Positions 29,592 through 38,162 of a stretch of DNA of 41,043 nt are shown piece after piece. The DNA comes from a bacterium (GTDB lineage Bacteria > Babelota > Babeliae > Babelales > RVW-14), in NCBI GenBank assembly GCA_023249935.1, contig JAHFBQ010000003.1, positions 1 to 41,043 on the forward strand, written 5' to 3'. Below the pieces are notes generated by a model that ran no database searches, was not told where the DNA came from, and was given only the letters and a program-made list of their open reading frames with translations. The translations under genes and the position numbers were made by a program. Numbering within the stretch: position 1 is the first letter of the stretch; every line of letters starts with the position of its first letter.

Positions 29592-32081
29592 TCAGCCATG
29601 CGCTGCAATTTTATCCGCAGCCCCATCATGCTTTTCTACTGCTTTGGTATTCGTAGACTGTTTGTTCTTCTGCTCTTTTTTATCGCGAGGTTTTTTTCCG
29701 TCAGCATTTTTTCCAGGCCCTTTACCGCGACCTGCCGCCTTAGAATCTTGTTTCTTTTTATCGCCTAGTTTATCAGCAGAATCCTTTTTCTTTTCGTCTT
29801 TGTCTTTATCTTTATCCGCTCCTGCGCGTTTCTTGCCTTTTTTGCCACCTTTCTTATGACCTCGGCGCTTAGCATTTTTCTCGCGATGTTCACCTTTTTT
29901 ATCAGCAGCTTCAAAGCCCTTAGATGGATTTGGCTGTACAGCAGGCGTATCACCCGGCCAGGTAATGCCATACAACGATTTGCCATCTTGGCTTATCACA
30001 TAAGTGGTACCATCGCAGCCAACAGCAGCACCAGCAGCCTTGATTGCCACACCCTTGGCATCAACAAGATTTACTCGTTGCCACGGATTTGAAGGATCGG
30101 CACTAGGCAATAACTGGCCCAATGTACCATCATCAAGAACAACAACAGCAAAGTCATCAAAAGATACGACTTTTCTCTTAGTCCCGCGATTATCAACCGC
30201 TACTTCAACTTCACGATCTTGTAACCCAATTGCTATGCTCTTTGGTTTTCCAGGCATAGTGATAAAACCGATCGGAAGATCAAGCTTGTGCATAAGTTCG
30301 GCCGCAATAAGAGCTGCCTTATCTGCATCAGCTTTTGCCTTTGCTTCTGCTTCACTTACCTTCTTTTTGGCATCTTCTTCTGCTTGTTTTTTAGCTTCGA
30401 CAAGAGCTTTATTTGCCGCTTCTAGCGCTTGAGAAGCTTTTTCTTGCTCAGCTTTAATAGCCGCGGCTTTCTCACCGTCTGCTTTTGCAGCCAACGCTGT
30501 CAAAGCCTCAATTCTTTTCTTTTCAGCCTCTTCAGCATCCAGCCTTTGTTTCTCTAGAAGCTTTGCCAACTCCTCATTTTTCTTCGCCACTTCCGCTAGT
30601 CGAGCCTGAGTCTCTTTTGCCTTAACTTCACCAATAATTTTTTCAATTTCCCTATTTACGAATTCCAAGTCTCTTCTGGCTCCATCATTAGACACAGTAG
30701 TTGGCAATACAGAAGAAAAACGATATTCTCCCCAAAATATTCGTCGCTCCGTACCATACTGATTCCTACCCCACTTATCTTCATCACCCTTGTCAGCAAG
30801 AATTTCCCAATACTGAGGCCCCCAGCGATTTGTACCATGTGTCCAGATGTAAGCACCTGTTTTAACGTTTCTAATACGTACAAGATCCATACTAGAAATG
30901 GCACCAGATTGACCTGCAATAACAGGTTCTAGAACAAATATTGCGCCATCATCTTGTGTTTGTCCATGCTCTGGTCTGGTAATTACTATTTCCCGATGCG
31001 GAGCTCCAAAGCGAGACTGTTCCAGCATCCACAGATATCTAAATGGTAGAAGTAATCCCTTCTTATCCTCTTCACCACCACCACCAAAGACAGACATTAT
31101 TTTAATACGATCACCAAACTGAATAGGTCCTGTTTTAAACTTATCATCTGCATTATGCATAGCAAAAAATGATGGACCTTGTTGAGTTCTCTGATCACCC
31201 CAAGGACCAAGAATAAGTTCTAGATGGTCATGTGGCGGAGGATTATTGCCCCCATCATGCCGACTACCACCATGCGTCCAAACTCTACGCTCGGCATGCT
31301 TTTCATCACATCTATCAGCCTCTGCATCCCAAAATAATGGGGTCCAATACGATAGCTGTGTAGAACGAGTCTTATCATAAATTGGTTTTATTTTTTCATT
31401 TTTGTCAGGTTGAACAGCTAATTCAATAACCCACCAGTCATTGTCATCGCGCCCAGCATATGTAGTAACCTCTTGCTTACCAGGCTTCCAATCTATGCCA
31501 TGGGAATGTAACGTTCTATTGGAATTAGCATGTCTAAACTTAACTTTATAGCCATCAGCAAGATATTCGAACCCACTTCCAGCATCATTTGCATCAACAA
31601 CAAAGTTATCGTTAGTATCACCCATACCGTTATCACCGAAGGCTGTCACCTCACCTTGACCTGTTTTTGGTGATCGTGCACCATGGCTGTGCAACTCTCG
31701 CCCTGTTGCAACGTTCTCAAAACGTAAAATCTGACCTCTTCGTACAGGCCAGCCAATCATTGAACGAAAATTAGTATCCCAGTTCAAAGCAAAGTTCCAA
31801 CGATCACCAGAATGACACCCCTTAATAATCCACAGAGCCTTGTCAGTCTTGTTATCGGCACCAGCATACACAGCAATTTGCCCTGACGTTCCAGGATGAT
31901 CATAGCGATCATCATCTACTGTCAGATATTTCCCTGTCAGCCCGTGCTTAAGACGTACTGTACAACCAAAGGTAACTAGATCCCGATCATATTTCGGTAC
32001 TGCTTGTGGCTCTGCAACGAGAGCACTTGTCACAAGACTTATAGCTCCCCAAAGCAGTAAAGACATTCTCTTATTCTTCAT
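29592..32081 (-). CDS. Gene B': secreted protein with SDF2-like MIR trefoil, second beta-trefoil, coiled-coil stalk, propeller repeats 1-2 and Lys-rich tail
   Basis: VTFGCTVRLKHGLTGKYL, RFENVATGRELHSH..SPKTGQGEVTAFG..G.GDTNDNF, KFRH...RTLHSH (MIR motifs); paralog of 35648..38005; likely start MKNKR at 32081 (track 32090). Confidence 0.85.
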   Translation of the reverse strand: MKNKRMSLLLWGAISLVTSALVAEPQAVPKYDRDLVTFGCTVRLKHGLTGKYLTVDDDRYDHPGTSGQIAVYAGADNKTDKALWIIKGCHSGDRWNFALNWDTNFRSMIGWPVRRGQILRFENVATGRELHSHGARSPKTGQGEVTAFGDNGMGDTNDNFVVDANDAGSGFEYLADGYKVKFRHANSNRTLHSHGIDWKPGKQEVTTYAGRDDNDWWVIELAVQPDKNEKIKPIYDKTRSTQLSYWTPLFWDAEADRCDEKHAERRVWTHGGSRHDGGNNPPPHDHLELILGPWGDQRTQQGPSFFAMHNADDKFKTGPIQFGDRIKIMSVFGGGGEEDKKGLLLPFRYLWMLEQSRFGAPHREIVITRPEHGQTQDDGAIFVLEPVIAGQSGAISSMDLVRIRNVKTGAYIWTHGTNRWGPQYWEILADKGDEDKWGRNQYGTERRIFWGEYRFSSVLPTTVSNDGARRDLEFVNREIEKIIGEVKAKETQARLAEVAKKNEELAKLLEKQRLDAEEAEKKRIEALTALAAKADGEKAAAIKAEQEKASQALEAANKALVEAKKQAEEDAKKKVSEAEAKAKADADKAALIAAELMHKLDLPIGFITMPGKPKSIAIGLQDREVEVAVDNRGTKRKVVSFDDFAVVVLDDGTLGQLLPSADPSNPWQRVNLVDAKGVAIKAAGAAVGCDGTTYVISQDGKSLYGITWPGDTPAVQPNPSKGFEAADKKGEHREKNAKRRGHKKGGKKGKKRAGADKDKDKDEKKKDSADKLGDKKKQDSKAAGRGKGPGKNADGKKPRDKKEQKNKQSTNTKAVEKHDGAADKIAAHG

Positions 32082-32141
32082 TACATACATCCCTTTCTAT
32101 TAGCCATACCGTTACTTTTCCCTTTTTTTATTTTCTTTGTT

Positions 32142-34469
32142 TCAGCGCACCTTGTTGGCAGGTTTTTTTAATTTTTTTCCTCCCTTGGCGTGCTCCTGAA
32201 TTTTTTTATCTCCTTTTCCTGACAGCTTTTTCTTACTAGGCTTTGTATCTTTCTCTAAGGGTTTTTCAGTCATTGGCAACACGGGTACACCCATCTTAAT
32301 AGTATCATCCAGCTGCACGTCAGGTTCTCCCTTTCTGTATACATAGCCCCGATCACCCTCAAGCACTATGCTAAACCGCTGCTTAGTTGGTAAAGCAATA
32401 ATATCTTTCAAACCAACTGCATCACTACCATCAGCAGTTTGCATCGGTTCCCATGCACCTTTCACAAAAGCATACGTTTTATGTTTCTTCCCATCCACAA
32501 CAATGCCATAAAGTTCTTCTCTGGTTACCGCGCTGATCATACTAAAAGCAAGCCCAGTTTCCATACGCTTCCAAGCACTTTCTTTTTTGTCTGCTGAAGT
32601 CTCCCATGAAAACAACTCATGCTTTGTATTGAGTGCATACAACGAACCATCATAGCCGGCCGCAATATCCAAGCCTTCACCTTCAGAAAGCAATAACCAA
32701 GCATCCCCTTGCAAAACATAAATATTTTTCTCTTTTTTGTCCAAGCCCATGACAGTACCAGCATTACCAATCGCAATACGATCAATAGTAACCGCTTTCC
32801 TTTTGTTAGATCCCTTCCCAGAAATTAATTTATTTGAGGCAACCGCCCAATGACCTTGTTTAGTGAAAAAATAGACCCGTCGCTTCGCACTCACAACAGC
32901 CACTGTACCATCAGCACCAGCGGCAACATCGACAACACTTGCAATCTTTGCACCCATAGCATCTTTTAGTTCAACAGGGTTCCATGGATCTTGCTTTAAA
33001 GAACCTGTATCCCATACATAGAGTTGATTCTTGTTGTTAATACCATATAAAAACACTTTTCCCTCAAGCATACTCAGCGCTACCGCACTCATTGACCCTG
33101 GAATTTGTACAAAATCAGCGGGAACTTTAGCTCCCTGCTCATTACCACTTTGCGCTATATTTTCACACTCAATACTTGAATCCCACCCACCAATACCAAC
33201 GTACTGAACAAACCTTAGTGACTGTTCATCAGTCCAGCTCATTTTTATATTTTCGCCAACCTTAGAACCCTTGCCAGCAGTAATCACCGCCTTACCATCA
33301 TCGTGTTGCTCAATATTTACCCATAACTCATCAAATTCTGTACCCTTGCCTATAATAAGCGCCGATGGATCACCACCTTTAGTAACATCAACTTCCATCA
33401 TAACTTGAGTACCCTTGCGAATCTGAGATCGGGTATTTTTATATGCACCAAAAAAGACCGCGTAGGTCCCTGCTGCATCCATCCACTTTGGTTGCGTAGA
33501 GATATAGACAATCACATCAGATTTTGCACGTGCCTTAAATTTTACCCAAAACGTTCCCGGTTTATCACTTTTCCACTGTTCGCTATAAACCGATCCGCCC
33601 TTACCAAATATAGCCGGCTCATAAGTAAAATTACGGCCACCAGAAGCATATTTGCCACCAGGTTTTGCTTTTCCTTCAGTAACCACACGAGCAAGATCCT
33701 GCCATCCCAAATCATTGAGTAGCTGTGTATCGATATTGCTTATCGTAAACTTACCCGCCTCAATTCTACGATCACCACCCAACTCACTCTTTGGATCTCG
33801 CCCCCATGGGTCATCAGAACTGATAAGCACGGGCAATACACCTTTTTGATCAAGATTAAGTACCCACATCATACGATTATTGGCAGCACCAGGAGCACGG
33901 CTTACAATATTCACCACCGCTCCCTGCTCAATAGTACCCGTTTTACCAGTAGGGCTGGTGATAGTAAATTTTACCGCATCAGTTTTGAGCGCAGGTTCCG
34001 TATCATCGCTCACACGCGGCTCAAAATGTACGGCATCCTTATCCTTTGCTTCATTCCACTTGGACCCAGAAAAGGTCCAAACTAACCGGCGCTTGACAAG
34101 AAAACCAACTTTATCAGCCCATGCCCCAGTACCAGCTTTTACTGCCTCGATGGTACAAATTTCATTGAACTGAATTGGACCTGTTTTTTCTGGCGTTGCA
34201 GCAGACTTAAAAACAACTAATGCCGATCCATCTTTAGCTAAATCATGATCATCAGCAACAGCAACCATCTCAAATGGAGCAGCGGAATCTGTCGATTTGA
34301 GACCGGCAAATTCAGCTCGCACAGCCAACATTCGATTAAATTGTTGAGACCGGATACACACCGGCGTGTTGTACTCCAAAGGTATTGCCGTTACCTGCGA
34401 TAAAGAACCAATTCCTACAATCCCCAACAAAACACTACCAACACGAAGCGCCTTCAATAAACCCTTCAT
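32142..34469 (-). CDS. Gene A': secreted protein with beta-trefoil, FAMeT-like domain, six-repeat tectonin-like propeller and short Lys-rich tail
   Basis: Signal peptide; FKARAKSD...YAVFFGAYKNTRSQIRK...ELWV...ITAGKG...MSWTD...QYVGIGGWD (Methyltransf_FA-like); DVAAGADGTV and DIAAGYDGSLYALN repeats; ATG 34469 after AAGGAG (track start GTG 34475). Confidence 0.82.
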   Translation of the reverse strand: MKGLLKALRVGSVLLGIVGIGSLSQVTAIPLEYNTPVCIRSQQFNRMLAVRAEFAGLKSTDSAAPFEMVAVADDHDLAKDGSALVVFKSAATPEKTGPIQFNEICTIEAVKAGTGAWADKVGFLVKRRLVWTFSGSKWNEAKDKDAVHFEPRVSDDTEPALKTDAVKFTITSPTGKTGTIEQGAVVNIVSRAPGAANNRMMWVLNLDQKGVLPVLISSDDPWGRDPKSELGGDRRIEAGKFTISNIDTQLLNDLGWQDLARVVTEGKAKPGGKYASGGRNFTYEPAIFGKGGSVYSEQWKSDKPGTFWVKFKARAKSDVIVYISTQPKWMDAAGTYAVFFGAYKNTRSQIRKGTQVMMEVDVTKGGDPSALIIGKGTEFDELWVNIEQHDDGKAVITAGKGSKVGENIKMSWTDEQSLRFVQYVGIGGWDSSIECENIAQSGNEQGAKVPADFVQIPGSMSAVALSMLEGKVFLYGINNKNQLYVWDTGSLKQDPWNPVELKDAMGAKIASVVDVAAGADGTVAVVSAKRRVYFFTKQGHWAVASNKLISGKGSNKRKAVTIDRIAIGNAGTVMGLDKKEKNIYVLQGDAWLLLSEGEGLDIAAGYDGSLYALNTKHELFSWETSADKKESAWKRMETGLAFSMISAVTREELYGIVVDGKKHKTYAFVKGAWEPMQTADGSDAVGLKDIIALPTKQRFSIVLEGDRGYVYRKGEPDVQLDDTIKMGVPVLPMTEKPLEKDTKPSKKKLSGKGDKKIQEHAKGGKKLKKPANKVR

Positions 34470-34502
34470 CCTCACTCTCCTTTTTTAATGAACTTGTCAA
34501 CG

Positions 34503-34532
34503 AGCATAACACTAAAAAATTACACCACGCAA
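34503..34532 (-). promoter_or_regulatory. Candidate promoter for A'-B'-C'
   Basis: TTGCGT-N18-TATGCT with extended -10 (TGn), immediately after the terminator of gene C. Confidence 0.5.
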
Positions 34533-34580
34533 AAAGAAAAGTACCCCGGGATACTTTCCAGTGTCCCGGGGTACTTTTCT
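34531..34580 (-). terminator. Rho-independent terminator after gene C, separating the two modules
   Basis: + strand AGAAAAGTACCCCGGGATAC-TTTCCA-GTGTCCCGGGGTACTTTTCT; T run follows on the minus strand. Confidence 0.85.
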
Positions 34581-34592
34581 AGACTTTAGTAC

Positions 34593-35582
34593 TTATTCAG
34601 CCTGCTTAGCTTTCTTTTTCTTCTTAGCTTTCTTACCCTCTTTATGATCTTGCTCCTCGGCATCGGGTTTACCATCGCCGTCAGCATCGATCATGGCAGC
34701 ATCAGCCTTTTTATCTTTTTTGCCTTTGCCTTTTTTATCTTTCTTAGCTTTCTTACCTTTTTTATGATCTTGCTCTTCGGCATCGGGTTTACCATCGCCG
34801 TCAGCATCAATCATGGCAGCATCAGCCTTTTTATCTTTTTTGCCTTTGCCTTTTTTATCTTTCTTAGCTTTCTTACCTTCTTTCTTATCTTTTTCAATAA
34901 CAGCTTTTACTTTTTCATGCATCTGAACTCTGGTTACATCGCGCTTTAAAAGCTCACCATCATCGGTCAACGCTAATATGGCTTCTTCTTCATTGGCAGA
35001 AAAATCAATTATACCCTTAGCATCTAACCCTTGAAGATTTTTCACAGGTAGCCATTGATTCTCTTCATCATCATACATGTAACTAGCAAAAGCCCCCTTC
35101 CCCGTCTCAAGCAATCCCCAACCAACCTTATGATTTGGTCTTGAAACACGGCTGAGCTTAAGCCCTTCAATTTTTTTCCAGTCGTCACCAGTTCCACCTT
35201 CAAGCTCAAAGACTTCTTGCTTATCATTAATCGCAGTAACAATCTCCTTACCAGCAGCAACAAAAACTCCATCAAACTTTTTGACTAAGCCCCTTGAAGT
35301 TAGCTGATACACAGCATCTTTTGAACCATCATTCGCCACACACCACACATTATTTTGATCAGAAGCACTAGCCATTTTAACCATTAACTTATCATTGCCA
35401 GCACCTTTATCCATGAGCACAGCGCTGGCAGCTTTGGCATCTTTGGCAGGCTCTACAAGGCGCCACTCTGGCGCAGCGGTCGGTTTCATTGCTGTAAGGG
35501 CAGCTTGTTCTTCTGCTGCGTATAATCCACTCACACTCAGCATAAAGCCGTATGCAAGTGCTTTGGTATATTTCATGTTCAT
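34593..35582 (-). CDS. Gene C: secreted protein with four tectonin-like propeller repeats (3-6) and Lys-rich tail with two DADGDGKPDAEE motifs
   Basis: Signal peptide (..LSVSGLYA); repeats ending in W (GTGDDW, ENQW); paralog of C'. Confidence 0.82.
   Translation of the reverse strand: MNMKYTKALAYGFMLSVSGLYAAEEQAALTAMKPTAAPEWRLVEPAKDAKAASAVLMDKGAGNDKLMVKMASASDQNNVWCVANDGSKDAVYQLTSRGLVKKFDGVFVAAGKEIVTAINDKQEVFELEGGTGDDWKKIEGLKLSRVSRPNHKVGWGLLETGKGAFASYMYDDEENQWLPVKNLQGLDAKGIIDFSANEEEAILALTDDGELLKRDVTRVQMHEKVKAVIEKDKKEGKKAKKDKKGKGKKDKKADAAMIDADGDGKPDAEEQDHKKGKKAKKDKKGKGKKDKKADAAMIDADGDGKPDAEEQDHKEGKKAKKKKKAKQAE
34621..34880 (-). repeat. 120-bp in-frame tandem repeat (2 copies plus a partial) encoding KKAKKDKKGKGKKDKKADAAMIDADGDGKPDAEEQDHK
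   Basis: 34621-34740 and 34741-34860 differ at 4 positions by manual comparison. Confidence 0.92.
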
Positions 35583-35603
35583 CTGTTTTTATCCTTTCAC
35601 TAG

Positions 35604-35632
35604 ACGCGGGTACGCGTAATACGTACCCGCGT
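35604..35632 (-). promoter_or_regulatory. Intergenic stem-loop at the B|C junction, without a U tract
   Basis: ACGCGGGTACG-CGTAATA-CGTACCCGCGT, an 11-bp perfect stem, 5 nt upstream of the GAAAGG SD of gene C. Confidence 0.75.
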
Positions 35633-35647
35633 ACTTTCTAAAGTTGC

Positions 35648-37996
35648 TTAGTTGTTTACCGTTGCATCGATAGCAGCAGCCTTAGCTTTCTTGCCTTTAG
35701 CTTTCTTGCCTTTTTTATGATCACGCTCTTCAGCATCGGGTTTACCATCACCGTCAACATCAATCATAGCGGCATCAGCCTTTTTACCTTTTTTACCCTT
35801 AGCTTTTTTGCCTTCTTTTTTACCTTTTTTACCCTTAGCTTTTTTAGCATCCTTAGCTTCTTTTTGCTCTTTACGTTGCTTGGCTTTTTTATCAGCAGCT
35901 TCAAAGCCTTTAGATGCTTGCGGCATTGCAGCAGGTGTATCATCTGGCCAGCTTATGCCATAGAGTTTACCGTCTTCACTCACAACATAGGTTGTTCCAT
36001 CGGTAGCAACAGTAGCTGCAACAGCTTTAATTGCGGCTCCACTAGCATCAGCAAGAGGTACTTGCTGCCATGGGTTTGCAGGATCGACACTAAGCTTATA
36101 TTGACCAAGAGAACCATCTTCAAGAATAATTACACCAAAGTCATCAAAGATAAGTTGCTTTTCTTTTGTTCCCTTATTATCAATAGTTTTTTCAATTTCA
36201 TGATCTTGCAAACCAAACGCTATACTCTTAACTTTTTTTCCTGGTATGCGAGCAAAGCCAATTGGAAGATCCAACTGATCCTGAAGCTCTTCAGCCATAC
36301 GAGCAACCTTATCTGCTTCAGCTTTTGTCTTTGCCTCTTCTGCACTTAATTTTGTAGCAGCATCCCTAGCTGCTTGTTCAGCGGCATCTTCAGCAGTTTT
36401 TTTAGCTGCCTCTAAAGCCTTTAGAGCTCGAGATTTTTCCTCACTGTCCGCTAACGCAGCAAGCCTTGCTCGCTCTTTTGCATCAGCATCATCTTTTGCA
36501 GCCTGCAGAGCAATCGCTTGCTCTGCTAACTGTGCTTGAGCGGCAGCAACCAAGGCCTTTTGCTTAGCAGCTTCTGCAGGACCAAACATTTCTTCGATCT
36601 CTTTATTCACTGCCACTAAGTGATCACGCGCCGTATTATTCGCTACAGTGGTAGGCAAAACAAGAGAGAACCGATATTTTTCAAATAATACATGACGTCC
36701 AACACCAAGGTTGCTCTTGCCCCAAGGATCCTCAGCAAGAAGCTCATGATAGGTTCCACCCCAACGACTATCAGGATGAGTCCAGCAATAAGACCCAAAA
36801 TTGATATTCTTAACACGAACAAGATCCATACTAGAAATTGGTCCCTCTTGTCCGACAATAATAGGCTCTAAAGTAAAAACCGCTTGATTATTTGCGGTAG
36901 AAGAATGCTCTGGTCTGCTTATAACAATTTCGCGATATCCAGCACCATGACGAGAATCAGGATGCATCCATAGATATCTAAATGGTAACAATAATCCAGC
37001 CTTATCGCCCTCGCCAGGACCGCCATGCACCGCCATTATTTTAATCTTGTCACCAAAATTAATTGGTCCGGTCTTGAATTTATCATCCGCATTATGGATA
37101 ACAAAAAATGACGGACCTTCTTTAACACGAGGATCATTCCATGGCCCTGCAAGTAGTTCTAGATGATCATGCGGTGGATAGTTATTACCTCCATCATATC
37201 GACTACCACCATGCGCCCATACTCGACGATCTGCGTAGGTAGCACTACACGCCCCAGTTTCAGCATCCCAAAACACCGGGGTCCAATATGAAAGCTTGGT
37301 AGATCTACTTTCATCATACTTAGCTTTTATTGCCGTATTTTTATCTGGTTGAGCAACAATCTCAATAATCCACCAGTCATTGTCATCGCGCCCAGCATAC
37401 GTAGTTATCTCATTCTTACCTTGCTTCCAATCAGCCATAAGTGAGTGTAAAACCCGACCAGTGTTTTCATGCTTTAGCTTTACTGCATAGCCATCTGTAA
37501 CGTACCCAGCGCCAACCTCACGGGCTATCTCTGCAACAACCCAATTATCATTTGTATCACCATTACCATTGCTGCCATATACTGTTGTTTCTGACTGTCT
37601 AGTAATTGGAGATATTGCATTATGGCTATGCAGATTGCGACCTGTCTTGACATTTTCTAATCGAAATACCTGATTGAAACGCATAGGCCAACCAATCGCT
37701 GAGCGAGCAGTATCTTGGGCATTAAAGTCAAAATTCCATCGATCACCAGAATGCTTACCTTTCACAATCCAATGAGCACCAGAAGCACTTGCATCAGTTC
37801 CTCCATATACAGCAACCTGTCCAGAAGTTCCATCGTGAGTGTAATTCTCCTCAGCATCGGTCAGATACTTACCGGTTGCACTATGCTTAAGCCGTATCGA
37901 ACAGCCATAAGTGACAGGATCTCTCTCATAGGCCAAAACAGCACTTGCCATGAGGGTAAACACCCCGCAAAGCAATAAATACATTCTCTTCTTCAT
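35648..37996 (-). CDS. Gene B: secreted protein with SDF2-like MIR trefoil, second beta-trefoil, coiled-coil stalk, propeller repeats 1-2 and Lys-rich tail with one DVDGDGKPDAEE
   Basis: VTYGCSIRLKHSATGKYL, RLENVKTGRNLHSH..SPIT.Q.ET..YG..G.GDTNDNWVV, KLKHENTGRVLHS; likely start MKKRM at 37996 (track 38005). Confidence 0.85.
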   Translation of the reverse strand: MKKRMYLLLCGVFTLMASAVLAYERDPVTYGCSIRLKHSATGKYLTDAEENYTHDGTSGQVAVYGGTDASASGAHWIVKGKHSGDRWNFDFNAQDTARSAIGWPMRFNQVFRLENVKTGRNLHSHNAISPITRQSETTVYGSNGNGDTNDNWVVAEIAREVGAGYVTDGYAVKLKHENTGRVLHSLMADWKQGKNEITTYAGRDDNDWWIIEIVAQPDKNTAIKAKYDESRSTKLSYWTPVFWDAETGACSATYADRRVWAHGGSRYDGGNNYPPHDHLELLAGPWNDPRVKEGPSFFVIHNADDKFKTGPINFGDKIKIMAVHGGPGEGDKAGLLLPFRYLWMHPDSRHGAGYREIVISRPEHSSTANNQAVFTLEPIIVGQEGPISSMDLVRVKNINFGSYCWTHPDSRWGGTYHELLAEDPWGKSNLGVGRHVLFEKYRFSLVLPTTVANNTARDHLVAVNKEIEEMFGPAEAAKQKALVAAAQAQLAEQAIALQAAKDDADAKERARLAALADSEEKSRALKALEAAKKTAEDAAEQAARDAATKLSAEEAKTKAEADKVARMAEELQDQLDLPIGFARIPGKKVKSIAFGLQDHEIEKTIDNKGTKEKQLIFDDFGVIILEDGSLGQYKLSVDPANPWQQVPLADASGAAIKAVAATVATDGTTYVVSEDGKLYGISWPDDTPAAMPQASKGFEAADKKAKQRKEQKEAKDAKKAKGKKGKKEGKKAKGKKGKKADAAMIDVDGDGKPDAEERDHKKGKKAKGKKAKAAAIDATVNN

Positions 37997-38094
37997 TACA
38001 TACATCCCTTTCTATTAACCATACAGTTACCTACTCATCAAGCACTATGATAAATTGCAAAGCGAAAGGTAAAGTAAAAAAACTTTTAATTCCA

Positions 38095-38158
38095 TAAGCT
38101 GTAAAACAAAGTCCCCGGCATACAGAGATGTATGCCGGGGACTTTGTTTTACAGCTTA
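38095..38158. terminator. 30-bp perfect inverted repeat with a 4-nt loop directly after gene A; terminator or processing hairpin
   Basis: TAAGCTGTAAAACAAAGTCCCCGGCATACA-GAGA-TGTATGCCGGGGACTTTGTTTTACAGCTTA. Confidence 0.85.
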
Positions 38159-38162
38159 GAAC

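Noticed and set aside
33170-33555. FAMeT-like domains (also about 39730-40210) as true methyltransferases
   Set aside because: No SAM-binding motif seen, and the domain lies in secreted lectin-like proteins; the family name does not establish catalysis
34621-34880. Direct repeats as a possible CRISPR array
   Set aside because: Units are 120 bp, contiguous, in frame within a CDS, with no unique spacers and no cas genes
35582-35950. Split intein or frameshift explanation for the B/C propeller split
   Set aside because: No intein motifs (N-terminal Cys/Ser block, C-terminal His-Asn) seen; B has a full tail and stop, and C has its own SD and signal peptide
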